64,000 nucleotides of DNA from Candidatus Gastranaerophilaceae bacterium (GTDB lineage: Bacteria > Cyanobacteriota > Vampirovibrionia > Gastranaerophilales > Gastranaerophilaceae), in the NCBI GenBank assembly GCA_045538535.1, contig JAZSRN010000053.1, positions 15,315 to 79,314 of the forward strand, written 5' to 3'. Position numbers and translations under genes: made by a program. Under the pieces are notes generated by a model. That model searched no databases and was not told the DNA's origin. It saw nothing but the letters and a program-made list of their open reading frames with translations. Within the stretch, counting starts at the first letter, position 1; each line of letters opens with the position of its first letter. Shown one piece after another: positions 45,561-54,958 of the stretch.

Positions 45561-46349
45561 ATGCAAAAATGTACTTATGTATCAGAATCTTTAAAAAACG
45601 GACGCCTTATGCGCTGGACGTTCATGCCGTTAAAGGTATATATTGCACCTATGAAGTTTTATTCAAAACAAGGTCAAGATTACAAATATAACGGACTTGT
45701 ACGACGCGCACTTCAAGAATGGGAACAAGCTACAAAGGGCAAAGTTCGCTTTAAAGTTGTGCCTACATTGTTAGAATCAAATGTCAACATAGATTGGAAA
45801 AGAGTTGAACGCAAAGCTCTCGGCTGTTGCTATTTTAGCTATGACCCATCAAACCGACTTTATGGAGCAGAAGTCTCAATCGGACTGACTGACGGCCTTA
45901 TACACAAGGATTATATGAGTGAAGACGAAGTTTATCATACAATTTTGCACGAAATAGGGCACGCTATAGGGTTAGGCCATAGCCCCTTTAAAGAAGACAT
46001 AATGTACACCCCGCATCAAAAAGGTATTACAAAAGTTTCGGCCGGCGATGTGCGTACCATAAATTGGCTTTATACGTTCCCACAAGGTTATTCTACTCAA
46101 GAAATAGCATCAAAATACGGCGTCGGGGCCTCAGATTTAGACGAGCTTGTACTAAAAATTTTAAACAAACAATCAAATTCCGAATTTGAAAAAGTAAAAC
46201 AGAATATTAAACCTCAAAATCGAGACTTGCTTGAAGAATCAGAGAGCATTGCTAACTTACGCAAATATCACCTTGCACTACAAAATGTCAAAATCTCAGA
46301 AGACATGACAAAATTTTTCAAAACCCAACAACAAAACAAAAACAAGTAA
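45561..46349 (+). CDS. Matrixin-like (M10) zinc metalloprotease
   Basis: HEIGHAIGLGHS followed by a Met-turn, IMY. Confidence 0.75.
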   Translation: MQKCTYVSESLKNGRLMRWTFMPLKVYIAPMKFYSKQGQDYKYNGLVRRALQEWEQATKGKVRFKVVPTLLESNVNIDWKRVERKALGCCYFSYDPSNRLYGAEVSIGLTDGLIHKDYMSEDEVYHTILHEIGHAIGLGHSPFKEDIMYTPHQKGITKVSAGDVRTINWLYTFPQGYSTQEIASKYGVGASDLDELVLKILNKQSNSEFEKVKQNIKPQNRDLLEESESIANLRKYHLALQNVKISEDMTKFFKTQQQNKNK

Positions 46350-46361
46350 ATGCACAATTCT

Positions 46362-46781
46362 TTAATTTCTTTTTCTACCGGTATTTATATCTATAATTTC
46401 TGAAACATAAGGCAAATAACTGTATTTACCCATAAATGACGTAATCGCAAGATAAGTCAACAACCCATAAACTAAAATCTGAATTATAGAATACCCAAAC
46501 AATAACGGCATATTTAGGTAGAATGTAATCTGTGCTGTCAATGCATTTATAAATGGTATATAGGCCAAAATATCACAAATAAAATGTAGTAAATATGACA
46601 ACAAAACAAATGCTATCGAAATAAATATAGATTGAAAAATGTGATATTGCATAAATGGTCTCAAGTTAGCTTTAGTGAACAACCCCAACAACAACCAAAT
46701 AAATCCGACCATACCCATTGTATAGTAACTTAAAGCCGCAACAATTCTTTCAATCATATAAACTTTATTTTTATCAGCCAT
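46362..46781 (-). CDS. Four-TM membrane protein, Tic20/DUF4870-like
   Basis: ERIVAALSYYT...FMQYHIFQSI pattern. Tentative. Confidence 0.45.
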   Translation of the reverse strand: MADKNKVYMIERIVAALSYYTMGMVGFIWLLLGLFTKANLRPFMQYHIFQSIFISIAFVLLSYLLHFICDILAYIPFINALTAQITFYLNMPLLFGYSIIQILVYGLLTYLAITSFMGKYSYLPYVSEIIDINTGRKRN

Positions 46782-47847
46782 TAATTTTGTCTAATTCTCC
46801 GCTACGTTTTTTATCAATATATTCTTCTAATATTTGCATATAAACCAACTTAAATTCATCATTTTCAGGCTCAATATTCATAGACGCTCTATAAGCCGCA
46901 ATAGAATTTTCAATCTCACCTTTTAGATAATGTGCATTTCCTAAAAGCATATACGTTTGCGCATCATTTGGTTTTGCATGAAGAACTTTTTTATATAAAT
47001 CCATTGCTGAATCAAGATGATTAAAATTAGTATAAAGATTTGCTAACAATACTTGAGCATTAGTTTCTTGAGGCGAAATTTCAATAGCTTTGTTGTACAT
47101 TGCAACTGCCATATCATATTCTTCAAATTCTGAAAGTGATATTGCATAACAAATATACGCTTTATAATTATCACCTTCCATTTGTAGAGCTTTTTCATAA
47201 TAAGCATAGGCATTTTCTTTATCTTTCATCAAGGTATATGTGTTACCTATACAAATTGCAACGATTTTATTGTCCGGATTTAACACAAATACACGTTTGT
47301 ACAAATCCAAGGCTGTTTCATAATCAAACAATTTAAAACAAACATTACCCATATCCACAAGAGCAGTTATATTCTCTGCATCAAGTGACAACGCTTTTTC
47401 ATAATAAGCTTTCGATTCAATATAATCCTCATTATCATTATACAAAAGTGCAATAGCATTATAAATTTCCGGATTTGTAGAATTCAAATCAATTGCACGA
47501 TTATAATAGAAAAGTGCTTTATCAAAATTTTTCCATTCAGCAAAAACATTGCCTATGTTATAATAAATCAAATAGTTTTTAGGGTTAATTTCAAGAGCAC
47601 GATTATAATAAGAAAGAGATTTTCTGAAATCTTTTTCATAAAACCACATTGACCCCATACCGATAAGCGCACGCACATCGTTCGGATGAATAGTCAAAAG
47701 ACTTTCCAAAACCGACATTACTTTATCATAATTTTGCTCTTCCAAATATAACTCAGCCAAATTGTGATAATTTTCTGCATTTTGAGGGTCTTTTGCCATT
47801 AAAGTTATTGCTTCATTAATTTTTTGATTTAGCTCTTCTCTTTCCAT
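46774..47847 (-). CDS. Tetratricopeptide repeat protein
   Basis: About nine 34-aa TPR units (A..YY..AL...P.N). Confidence 0.8.
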   Translation of the reverse strand: MEREELNQKINEAITLMAKDPQNAENYHNLAELYLEEQNYDKVMSVLESLLTIHPNDVRALIGMGSMWFYEKDFRKSLSYYNRALEINPKNYLIYYNIGNVFAEWKNFDKALFYYNRAIDLNSTNPEIYNAIALLYNDNEDYIESKAYYEKALSLDAENITALVDMGNVCFKLFDYETALDLYKRVFVLNPDNKIVAICIGNTYTLMKDKENAYAYYEKALQMEGDNYKAYICYAISLSEFEEYDMAVAMYNKAIEISPQETNAQVLLANLYTNFNHLDSAMDLYKKVLHAKPNDAQTYMLLGNAHYLKGEIENSIAAYRASMNIEPENDEFKLVYMQILEEYIDKKRSGELDKING

Positions 47848-47925
47848 AAAAAATCCTTAAATTTACTACTTTAAATATTGTAACCAATATTACTAAAACA
47901 TGCAAAACTATTTAGAAATGTAAAA

Positions 47926-48324
47926 CTACTTCGCAAAATCTGCGAATTCTTTACTATTTTCTTTCCATTCATCTTCAGAAACTGAAAACGCATTGTTCCA
48001 AAATTTCTCAATAGCATAAGCTTCTCGTTCATCACGATGTAAAATATGCACAACAACATCGCCATAATCCAACAAATTCCAACGATTTTTGGCATCGTTT
48101 TCCATTCGTACCGGCAAACGCGAAAAAATCTCTTTTATTTTTTCTCTTGTATTGGCCATCAAAGCTTTTACCTGAGGGGTTGAATCTCCCGTAACTATTA
48201 CGAAATAATCAGCTAATGATGACACATTACTAATATTTAATATTGTAATATCTTTTCCTAATTTATCATCTAATGCCCTTGCAATAACACAAGCAAGCTT
48301 TAATGATGAAATTTCTTCTGTCAT
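47926..48324 (-). CDS. rsfS: Ribosome silencing factor RsfS
   Basis: DYFVIVTGDSTPQVKAL...WNLLDYGDVVVHI..R..Y.IE.FW. Confidence 0.85.
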   Translation of the reverse strand: MTEEISSLKLACVIARALDDKLGKDITILNISNVSSLADYFVIVTGDSTPQVKALMANTREKIKEIFSRLPVRMENDAKNRWNLLDYGDVVVHILHRDEREAYAIEKFWNNAFSVSEDEWKENSKEFADFAK

Positions 48325-48401
48325 AGATTTTCCTTTTTTATTATACTTTCAAATCCATTATAGCATAAGAATATCATAATTATAAGTATCAAATCTTATA
48401 A

Positions 48402-49196
48402 TCAATTAAAAACTTTATCTCTAAGCCTTTTAAGCCCCGCTCCGTAAAAATATTTCAATTGTTCCGGAAAATTTTTCTCAATATCAACCAAATACATATC
48501 ATGTGCAATAAACGATTTCAAAAGGGTAACAATTTCAACATTTTTAGTAGTAATAAAGTTAGTTTCATCATTACGATTATAAACTTCTCCGAACATACAA
48601 ACTTCATCATCGGCAACCATAAAAAGATATCGTTGCCCCAAATTCGCTGGCATAATTCGGGCTCCCGAATGCAAAAAAACCGTCCCAAAACTACAAGCAA
48701 ATTTTTCACCGTAGCCTACAATTTTTATATCCAATCCTCTATGATAAGCCTCCAAAAGAGGTTTCTCAAGATATTTAAAATCTTGTGTCCAAACTTCTAA
48801 GAAAATCTGTTTTTTAGCTGTCGAAATAACTTCTACTAAAGCCTCTATTATTTTTATATAACCGTTGACAGATGCAACTGGCTCAATACAATTATCTTTG
48901 ACATTTGGCAATTTTTTATCAAGAAAATTTATTGTAGAGTCAATTTTCTTTTTATAACGCTTTGTCAGTTCCTTCGGCTTTATTGGCGAATATGTAATAG
49001 GTTTTTGCGAAGAAACAATAACAATTTGTGCATTTTCAAGGGCTTTCAAAGTATCATAAGCTCTAGCTTGCGGAATATCAGCCAATTTACTAACTTCATA
49101 TCCGGTTGCAGGATACTTTTTCAATAATGCCAAGTAAACCTTAGCCTCATACCCATTTAAACCTATTTGTTTTAGTTTTTCTACTAATTCATCCAT
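48402..49196 (-). CDS. TrmB-family transcriptional regulator
   Basis: N-terminal wHTH LGLNGYEAKVYLALLKKYPATGYEVSKLADIPQARAYDTLKALE plus a C-terminal TrmB-like domain. Confidence 0.75.
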   Translation of the reverse strand: MDELVEKLKQIGLNGYEAKVYLALLKKYPATGYEVSKLADIPQARAYDTLKALENAQIVIVSSQKPITYSPIKPKELTKRYKKKIDSTINFLDKKLPNVKDNCIEPVASVNGYIKIIEALVEVISTAKKQIFLEVWTQDFKYLEKPLLEAYHRGLDIKIVGYGEKFACSFGTVFLHSGARIMPANLGQRYLFMVADDEVCMFGEVYNRNDETNFITTKNVEIVTLLKSFIAHDMYLVDIEKNFPEQLKYFYGAGLKRLRDKVFN

Positions 49197-49231
49197 AAAT
49201 TAATTCTATCAAAATTTTTAAAAATTAGCAA

Positions 49232-49264
49232 ATCGCCTTATTTGAAAATTTCAAATAAGGCGAT
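49232..49264 (-). terminator. Terminator formed by a perfect 16-bp palindrome
   Basis: ATCGCCTTATTTGAAA-a-TTTCAAATAAGGCGAT. Confidence 0.75.
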
Positions 49265-49288
49265 ATAAAAATAACAAATCAAAAATTT

Positions 49289-49447
49289 CTACGCTAAACC
49301 CAAAACTTTTTTATACCAAGTAAAAGTTTCAAGTTCTAGACCATTGAACGTTGTTTTTAGGCATTGTTTTTTCAAATAACTTTCAAACTCTTCATTAAAT
49401 TTCGATTTGATACAATTTTCCTCTTTTGCAGACACAGAAACTTTCAT
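49289..49447 (-). CDS. Small protein (52 aa), not in the supplied ORF track
   Basis: AAAGGAG lies 7 nt upstream of the ATG. Translation is MKVSVSAKEENCIKSKFNEEFESYLKKQCLKTTFNGLELETFTWYKKVLGLA. A palindromic terminator follows. Confidence 0.5.
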   Translation of the reverse strand: MKVSVSAKEENCIKSKFNEEFESYLKKQCLKTTFNGLELETFTWYKKVLGLA

Positions 49448-49600
49448 AGACAGACTCCTTTATTAACACGTAACCCTTTTGCTGAATATATTATAACATA
49501 CAATTAGAGAATTTTCTAGTGGCATAAAATCAAAAATCGTAAAGATTTGCCCTATAACTAAAAAACGAAATGTAAATTTTAATTAAGAACTTTTGTTTAA

Positions 49601-50272
49601 TTAATAATTACGATATTTAATAATTTCAGATAACTCCTTTTTAGGATGTTTTTCATCACCGGTATTTAGATGCCCATAGGTATTTTTAACTTTCTTTATC
49701 AGACGTTCTCTATCGGGTTCAAAATAAATTTCAGAATACAAACAAACCCCATTTTTCACAATTGGAGCTTCTTCTCCGGCAAAAACATCATCATATTTAC
49801 GTTTAAAATCTCTATGTGCCATTGCATTTAAGGATAGACAATCAATCTCCTCTTGAATTGAACTTATTCCGTCATCATCTTTTGCATGACCGGCCTCATG
49901 GAAAATTGCTTCTGTAATAGCCAAGACAACGGCCTTACTTTTAGTATTTTTATAAATTTCATTTATTCTAATAGTTTTTTTATCAATATCCCATTGCGCA
50001 TGAACATTTTTGTCCGACAATTTTTCAAATTTTATTTTAATTCCATTATCTTTAATAAAGTTATAAGCTTCTTCACCGGATTTAAACGGCGGAGTTGCAC
50101 CGACCGCTTTTACAAACATCACGTCATCATAACTCAATTGAACATTTTTTAGTTCGTTTAAGGCCAACTCCAAAACATCTTCCCCCGCTTTATGCGAGCC
50201 AAAATTATGAGGATAGAGACCATTATTAAACTTCACTGCATTAACCCTAAGCATGTAATAATTGTACCACAT
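49601..50272 (-). CDS. Hypothetical protein (223 aa) with HExxH motif
   Basis: AIFHEAGHAKDD. No signal peptide. Confidence 0.45.
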   Translation of the reverse strand: MWYNYYMLRVNAVKFNNGLYPHNFGSHKAGEDVLELALNELKNVQLSYDDVMFVKAVGATPPFKSGEEAYNFIKDNGIKIKFEKLSDKNVHAQWDIDKKTIRINEIYKNTKSKAVVLAITEAIFHEAGHAKDDDGISSIQEEIDCLSLNAMAHRDFKRKYDDVFAGEEAPIVKNGVCLYSEIYFEPDRERLIKKVKNTYGHLNTGDEKHPKKELSEIIKYRNY

Positions 50273-50308
50273 AAAGATTATTTTAAATATTTATGTTAAC
50301 ATTAAACC

Positions 50309-51217
50309 ATGATACTTATAGGCGAAAATATACATATTATATCAAAAACCGTTCGGGAAGCCCTACTAAATCGTGACGAAAAGTTTATAAACGACTTAAT
50401 TGTTGCACAACAACAAGTTGATTACATAGATTTAAACATCGGCCCGGCTAAAGGTCAAATGGAGAATATATTTTCTTGGATTATTGAAAATAACAAAAAT
50501 ATAAAAATCTCATTTGACACAACAAACACTACCGAAATGAAAAACGGGCTAAACGCTTATTCAAATAATGATTGCTTTATCAACAGCATAAGTTACGATG
50601 AACCTAGAATGTCCGAATTCATCAATCTGGCATTAGCAAAAGATTGTAATCTGGTTGCTCTTACAATGTCTAAAGAAAAAGGGATACCAAAAACAGCAGA
50701 TGAACGTTTAGAATTAGCTTTCAATATTTACGAAAAATGCATCGAAGCTGGTCTAAATTCTGAAAAACTTTTTTTCGACCCGCTTATTTTGCCTATATCT
50801 ATTGAACAAACACAAGCACAAGAAGCTTTGAACACTATAAAAATGCTTAAAGAAAGTTTCGAACATCCTATCAAAACAATAATCGGATTGTCAAACATAT
50901 CTAATGGATGCCCAACAAGCTTAAGACCGCTAATCAATCGTGTTTTTGCAGTATTAGCATACGGTGCGGGACTAGATGCGGCAATTATTGATGCAAAAGA
51001 TTCTGAATTAATACGTATTATTAAAATGCTCGAACGAAACACTCCTCAAAATAACACTGATGAATTATACATAAATTTAAGCAAAATGGTGGAAAATTTC
51101 GAAGATATTTCATCAATTTCGTACGATACCAATTGCAGTGAACAATCTGTAATAATTAAAACTGCCGAAATTTTGCTAAATAATAAAATATATTCAGAAA
51201 GTTATACCAAAATTTAA
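50309..51217 (+). CDS. Pterin-binding domain protein (methyltetrahydrofolate methyltransferase / DHPS-like TIM barrel)
   Basis: The LIGENIH...DYIDLNIGP...GLSNISNG pattern is typical of pterin-binding domains. Confidence 0.6.
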   Translation: MILIGENIHIISKTVREALLNRDEKFINDLIVAQQQVDYIDLNIGPAKGQMENIFSWIIENNKNIKISFDTTNTTEMKNGLNAYSNNDCFINSISYDEPRMSEFINLALAKDCNLVALTMSKEKGIPKTADERLELAFNIYEKCIEAGLNSEKLFFDPLILPISIEQTQAQEALNTIKMLKESFEHPIKTIIGLSNISNGCPTSLRPLINRVFAVLAYGAGLDAAIIDAKDSELIRIIKMLERNTPQNNTDELYINLSKMVENFEDISSISYDTNCSEQSVIIKTAEILLNNKIYSESYTKI

Positions 51218-51316
51218 CTTTACACATCTCTAATTTTTTGCTAATATGTTATCAGTTGAAGGTTATTTGAGGGCAGAAAAATAAAAAGGCAATTAATTAT
51301 ATTATCAATTTTAGCA

Positions 51317-53323
51317 TTGACGCTTCCGGGACTAAAAACCCTTGCCTATTCATCGGCACAAGCAAACACTTTGTATCAACAAGCTTGCACTGCTGAATAC
51401 CAAAACAATTTTGAAGAGGTTGTATCTAATCTGCTAAAAGCCATCGAAATCGTAGGCGATGACGCAACATTATACACAAAACTTGCAGGCGCATACACAG
51501 AACTTGGCGAGTACGATAAAGCAATTGATGTTTATCGCAAAGTTTCACAATTAAAACCGGATGATGCGTTCATATATATTAGTATCGGAAGCATTTTAGA
51601 AACTCAAAATAATTACCAAGAAGCCCTTGAAGCATATCAAAAAGCCATTACACTGTTTCCAGATTACAAATACAACTACTTGAATATTGCTAACGCACAA
51701 TACCATCTAAAAGATTACAAATCAGCAATAGAAAGTTATAATAAATTTTTAAGCATATATTCCAGACACTCAGAAGCCCGAGAAAGCTTGGCCGGTGCAT
51801 ACTTGGGGAATAACATGCCGGAAAAAGCTATAGAACAATATCGCAATCTTTATGCCATTAACCCTAATGATTTTAAAGATTATGTAAATTATGGTATTGC
51901 TCTTTATCAAACCAAAAATTACGAAAAAGCAGTGGAAATCCTAGAAGCTGGCCTACCTAAAATCAAAGATAACGTTACCGCACACGTAACCTTGGCACTA
52001 AGCTATCAAGAACTGGAACAAAATCAAAAAGCATACAATGAATATCAAACTATTTTTGAAATGCAACCGGATTTTGACGGTATAAGATTTGATTACGCAA
52101 ATTTGCTTGCGGATATGAACCAAAATACCGAAGCAATTGCGCAATACAACCTTTATATTGCCAAATATCCAGAAAATTATCTTGCGTATAAAAATCTGGG
52201 TATCGTATACAAAAAGCTAAACAATCCGCAAATGGCCATCACAAATCTTGAAAAATCGTTGGCTATCAATCCAAACGATGCCGATACTAAAAAACATCTT
52301 GCACAAAGCTATCATGTAAATAACGATTATGATAACGCGATAAAACTTTATGATGAATTATTAATCACAAACAAAAATGATTACGATACAAAATACAACA
52401 AAGCAGTTGCACTACATGCACAAAAAAAATACGATTTGGCAATACCTATTTATAACGAACTTCTAAAAGTTAAAGATGATGAAAAATTGAAGTCAAACCT
52501 TGTGGCTGCACTTCTTGCGCAAGGTCAATTACTTTTAAACGACAAAAATTACACACAAGCGGTTGAACAATACATAAAAGTTGCGAAAATAAACCCTAAT
52601 GACAGTTTGGCATATTACGGCCAAGCAAAATGCTATAGAGCCTTAGGCGAAAACGAAAAGGCCGCAACAAACTATGAAAAAGCCATTGCTTTAGCGCCGG
52701 AAAAAACCGCATTTAGCAATGAATACGCAGATTTTATCGCTGCGACCGCGGCTTCGGGAGCTGATGAATTCAGTACAATGTTACAAACCGGTGGTGAATT
52801 GCCTGAAATAAATTTGCCGCTTGATATGTTCAGTCCATATACTGAAGCGGATAAAGAAAAAAGTCTCGCGCTTATCCAATCCGGTGACAACAACTTTAAG
52901 TCACAAAATTATGACGCAGCAATTGCGGACTATCAAGAATCCCTAAAATTATTCGCAAATGATGATGTCACGCTCCTTAAAATCGGAAACTCATACAAAC
53001 TTAAAAATGACATAAAAAATGCGATAAATTTTTACAAAAAAGCTATTTTCGTAAACCCTTCATACGCAGACGGTTGGTTTAATTTAGGTCTTGTTTATGC
53101 TGAAGAAAACAATTTGGCGAAAGCTAAAGAAAGTTTTTATCGAGTAACCGCCCTAAATCCGTCATACGCAAACGCATACTATGCATTAGCAATGGCATAC
53201 GAAAAAGAAAACAACAACGTTGAGGCCGTTAAAAATTACACTTTATATGTAAATTACGCAAAAGACGCAGATGAAACAATTCTCAACGCGGCAAAAGAAA
53301 AAATCAAAACGTTAGGTCAATAG
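51317..53323 (+). CDS. Large TPR repeat protein, probably secreted (start uncertain)
   Basis: More than 15 TPR units. The frame is open from 51272, and the upstream residues complete a signal-peptide-like segment. Confidence 0.75.
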   Translation: MTLPGLKTLAYSSAQANTLYQQACTAEYQNNFEEVVSNLLKAIEIVGDDATLYTKLAGAYTELGEYDKAIDVYRKVSQLKPDDAFIYISIGSILETQNNYQEALEAYQKAITLFPDYKYNYLNIANAQYHLKDYKSAIESYNKFLSIYSRHSEARESLAGAYLGNNMPEKAIEQYRNLYAINPNDFKDYVNYGIALYQTKNYEKAVEILEAGLPKIKDNVTAHVTLALSYQELEQNQKAYNEYQTIFEMQPDFDGIRFDYANLLADMNQNTEAIAQYNLYIAKYPENYLAYKNLGIVYKKLNNPQMAITNLEKSLAINPNDADTKKHLAQSYHVNNDYDNAIKLYDELLITNKNDYDTKYNKAVALHAQKKYDLAIPIYNELLKVKDDEKLKSNLVAALLAQGQLLLNDKNYTQAVEQYIKVAKINPNDSLAYYGQAKCYRALGENEKAATNYEKAIALAPEKTAFSNEYADFIAATAASGADEFSTMLQTGGELPEINLPLDMFSPYTEADKEKSLALIQSGDNNFKSQNYDAAIADYQESLKLFANDDVTLLKIGNSYKLKNDIKNAINFYKKAIFVNPSYADGWFNLGLVYAEENNLAKAKESFYRVTALNPSYANAYYALAMAYEKENNNVEAVKNYTLYVNYAKDADETILNAAKEKIKTLGQ

Positions 53324-53325
53324 TA

Positions 53326-53739
53326 TTGAAAAAATTTATCATAACATATTGTCTTTTAATACTTTTTTTAACCGGAACAAATTTTGCATACGCAAAACGA
53401 GAAAAACCGATTATTTTGTTTAACAAAAACCCAATAACTCAAGATAACGTTGCTGAATTTTGCGATACATTCAACCGAGGCGAGCGAATACATTACTTAA
53501 TTACAACTCCTAAAAAAATTCGTTCGAGATTTATGTATATTCAAATTGTAAAAATGGGAAAACTGGAACGCCTCGGGTACGATTTGGCGTACGGCGAGAC
53601 CGTTCGATTAAAAGATGAACAACAATTTTATTACACCGATTATATAGTATTAAACGATTCGGGCACTTACGTAATGAAAGTGTACACCAAAGATAACCCA
53701 CGCAAAGTGTACGCAATTGCCCAATTTTTGGTTAAGTAA
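53326..53739 (+). CDS. Secreted hypothetical protein (137 aa, TTG start)
   Basis: Signal peptide MKKFIITYCLLILFLTGTNFAYA. Confidence 0.5.
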   Translation: MKKFIITYCLLILFLTGTNFAYAKREKPIILFNKNPITQDNVAEFCDTFNRGERIHYLITTPKKIRSRFMYIQIVKMGKLERLGYDLAYGETVRLKDEQQFYYTDYIVLNDSGTYVMKVYTKDNPRKVYAIAQFLVK

Positions 53740-53774
53740 AAAGAGGCGACAAAATTGCCGCCCAATAACTTATA

Positions 53775-54470
53775 TTAATAATCCATCTTCCATCCATTTT
53801 GAGCAAGGTAATTATAACAACCTTGACCTTCTAATTGCCCTTCTTTGCAATCTTCAGGATTACCAGAATCAACTAATATGCCATCATTTCTTAAATCAAA
53901 TAGAAACACATCATACCCATATTTATTTGGCGCCTTAAAACCATTTACATCCATTTCAATAACCCCTAAAGAATTTCCAACGCCATTACCTATCATCATA
54001 CTCATCATAGCATTATCATTTAACACAAGCATAGTTGCCCCACGCATATTATTAGTGCCAGTATTTGATAAATTAGTAAATTTATAGTCGTTAGGTGCAA
54101 TTGCATAATCTATAATATTAAAATATTTTTTCAAATCATTTTTAAAGAAATTTTGACACAATTGACTAGCTTGTTCTAAATTGGAATTTGAACAGTCAAC
54201 ACTATCCGTAGAAAGTTGAACAAATGGTTCCGTATCTTCCAAGCTATCAACACCTCCAGCATCTGCACGCATTTTTTGGAATCCTTGTTCAAGAGTTGAT
54301 ACTGTTTTTCTTAATTGAGCAACCCAAACTTGCTTTTTGTGACTAGCAATCAAATTTGGCATTGTTAATGCTGCAACAATACCAATAATACCTAACGTAA
54401 TTAACACTTCTGCTAACGTAAACCCAAGCCGAATATTAACATTAGTACTCTTTTTGCAAAATAATTCCAT
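53775..54470 (-). CDS. Prepilin-type N-terminal cleavage/methylation domain protein
   Basis: RLG|FTLAEVLITLGIIGIVAALTMP. C-terminal C-x9-C-x6-NGWK motif. RBS AAAGGAA. Confidence 0.8.
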   Translation of the reverse strand: MELFCKKSTNVNIRLGFTLAEVLITLGIIGIVAALTMPNLIASHKKQVWVAQLRKTVSTLEQGFQKMRADAGGVDSLEDTEPFVQLSTDSVDCSNSNLEQASQLCQNFFKNDLKKYFNIIDYAIAPNDYKFTNLSNTGTNNMRGATMLVLNDNAMMSMMIGNGVGNSLGVIEMDVNGFKAPNKYGYDVFLFDLRNDGILVDSGNPEDCKEGQLEGQGCYNYLAQNGWKMDY

Positions 54471-54544
54471 AAAAATTCCTTTCTCTTTCTTTAGTAAAAC
54501 ACTTTTAATTAAAAACAGTCTATCAAACTAAAATCCGATACGGA

Positions 54545-54592
54545 AAAATAGGTCACAGACTTTAATGCAAGTTTAGGGCAAAATAGGTCACA
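54545..54592 (+). promoter_or_regulatory. Two 13-bp direct repeats AAAATAGGTCACA (candidate operator)
   Basis: The copies lie at 54545-54557 and 54580-54592. The second overlaps the first base of the XRE start codon. Confidence 0.45.
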
Positions 54593-54801
54593 TGTCAAGA
54601 TTAAAAAAATTAGGTAACAATATAGCATGCGCACGAAAAGCAAAAGGTTTTTCGCAAGAATTATTGGCCGAAAAAGTTGACTTATCTAGGGAATACATTG
54701 CTCGTGTAGAAAATGGTCAAAAAAATATTAGCCTAAAAAAACTTTTTATGATTGCAGATACGCTAAACATTAAATTTTCGGACTTAACTAATTTCGACTA
54801 A
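54592..54801 (+). CDS. XRE-family HTH transcriptional regulator
   Basis: FSQELLAEKVDLSREYIARVENG in a 69-aa protein. Confidence 0.85.
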   Translation: MSRLKKLGNNIACARKAKGFSQELLAEKVDLSREYIARVENGQKNISLKKLFMIADTLNIKFSDLTNFD

Positions 54802-54958
54802 ATATCGCATAAAATGGATAAAAATAACAAATAATTATATTTAAACTTAGGAAAAATGCGTCTAATCTTTCTCTTAATATTAGTTCATATACTAACAAAA
54901 TAAATATTGCTGTTTTTTTATAAATACTGTATTATTAAAACAAGATTGGATTGTGTAG

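Noticed and set aside
47871-48095. 74-aa ORF overlapping the 3' part of rsfS in another frame
   Set aside because: The rsfS frame has clear family motifs, and the overlapping frame has none and no RBS. The same reasoning applies to the small internal antisense ORFs listed in the track within miaB, the kinases, bioA, the helicase and others.
36779-50272. Shared N-terminal motif among hypothetical proteins (MNYNFVKVNNEL at 37978, MLRVNAVKFNNGL at 50254)
   Set aside because: Only two sequences show it, over about 8 residues, in an Asn/Lys-rich proteome. That is too weak to call a secretion signal.
53717-54087. Plus-strand ORFs 53717-53938 and 53845-54087 overlapping the pilin-like gene
   Set aside because: They are antisense to a gene with an unmistakable prepilin N-terminus and a good RBS. 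They have no start context of their own.
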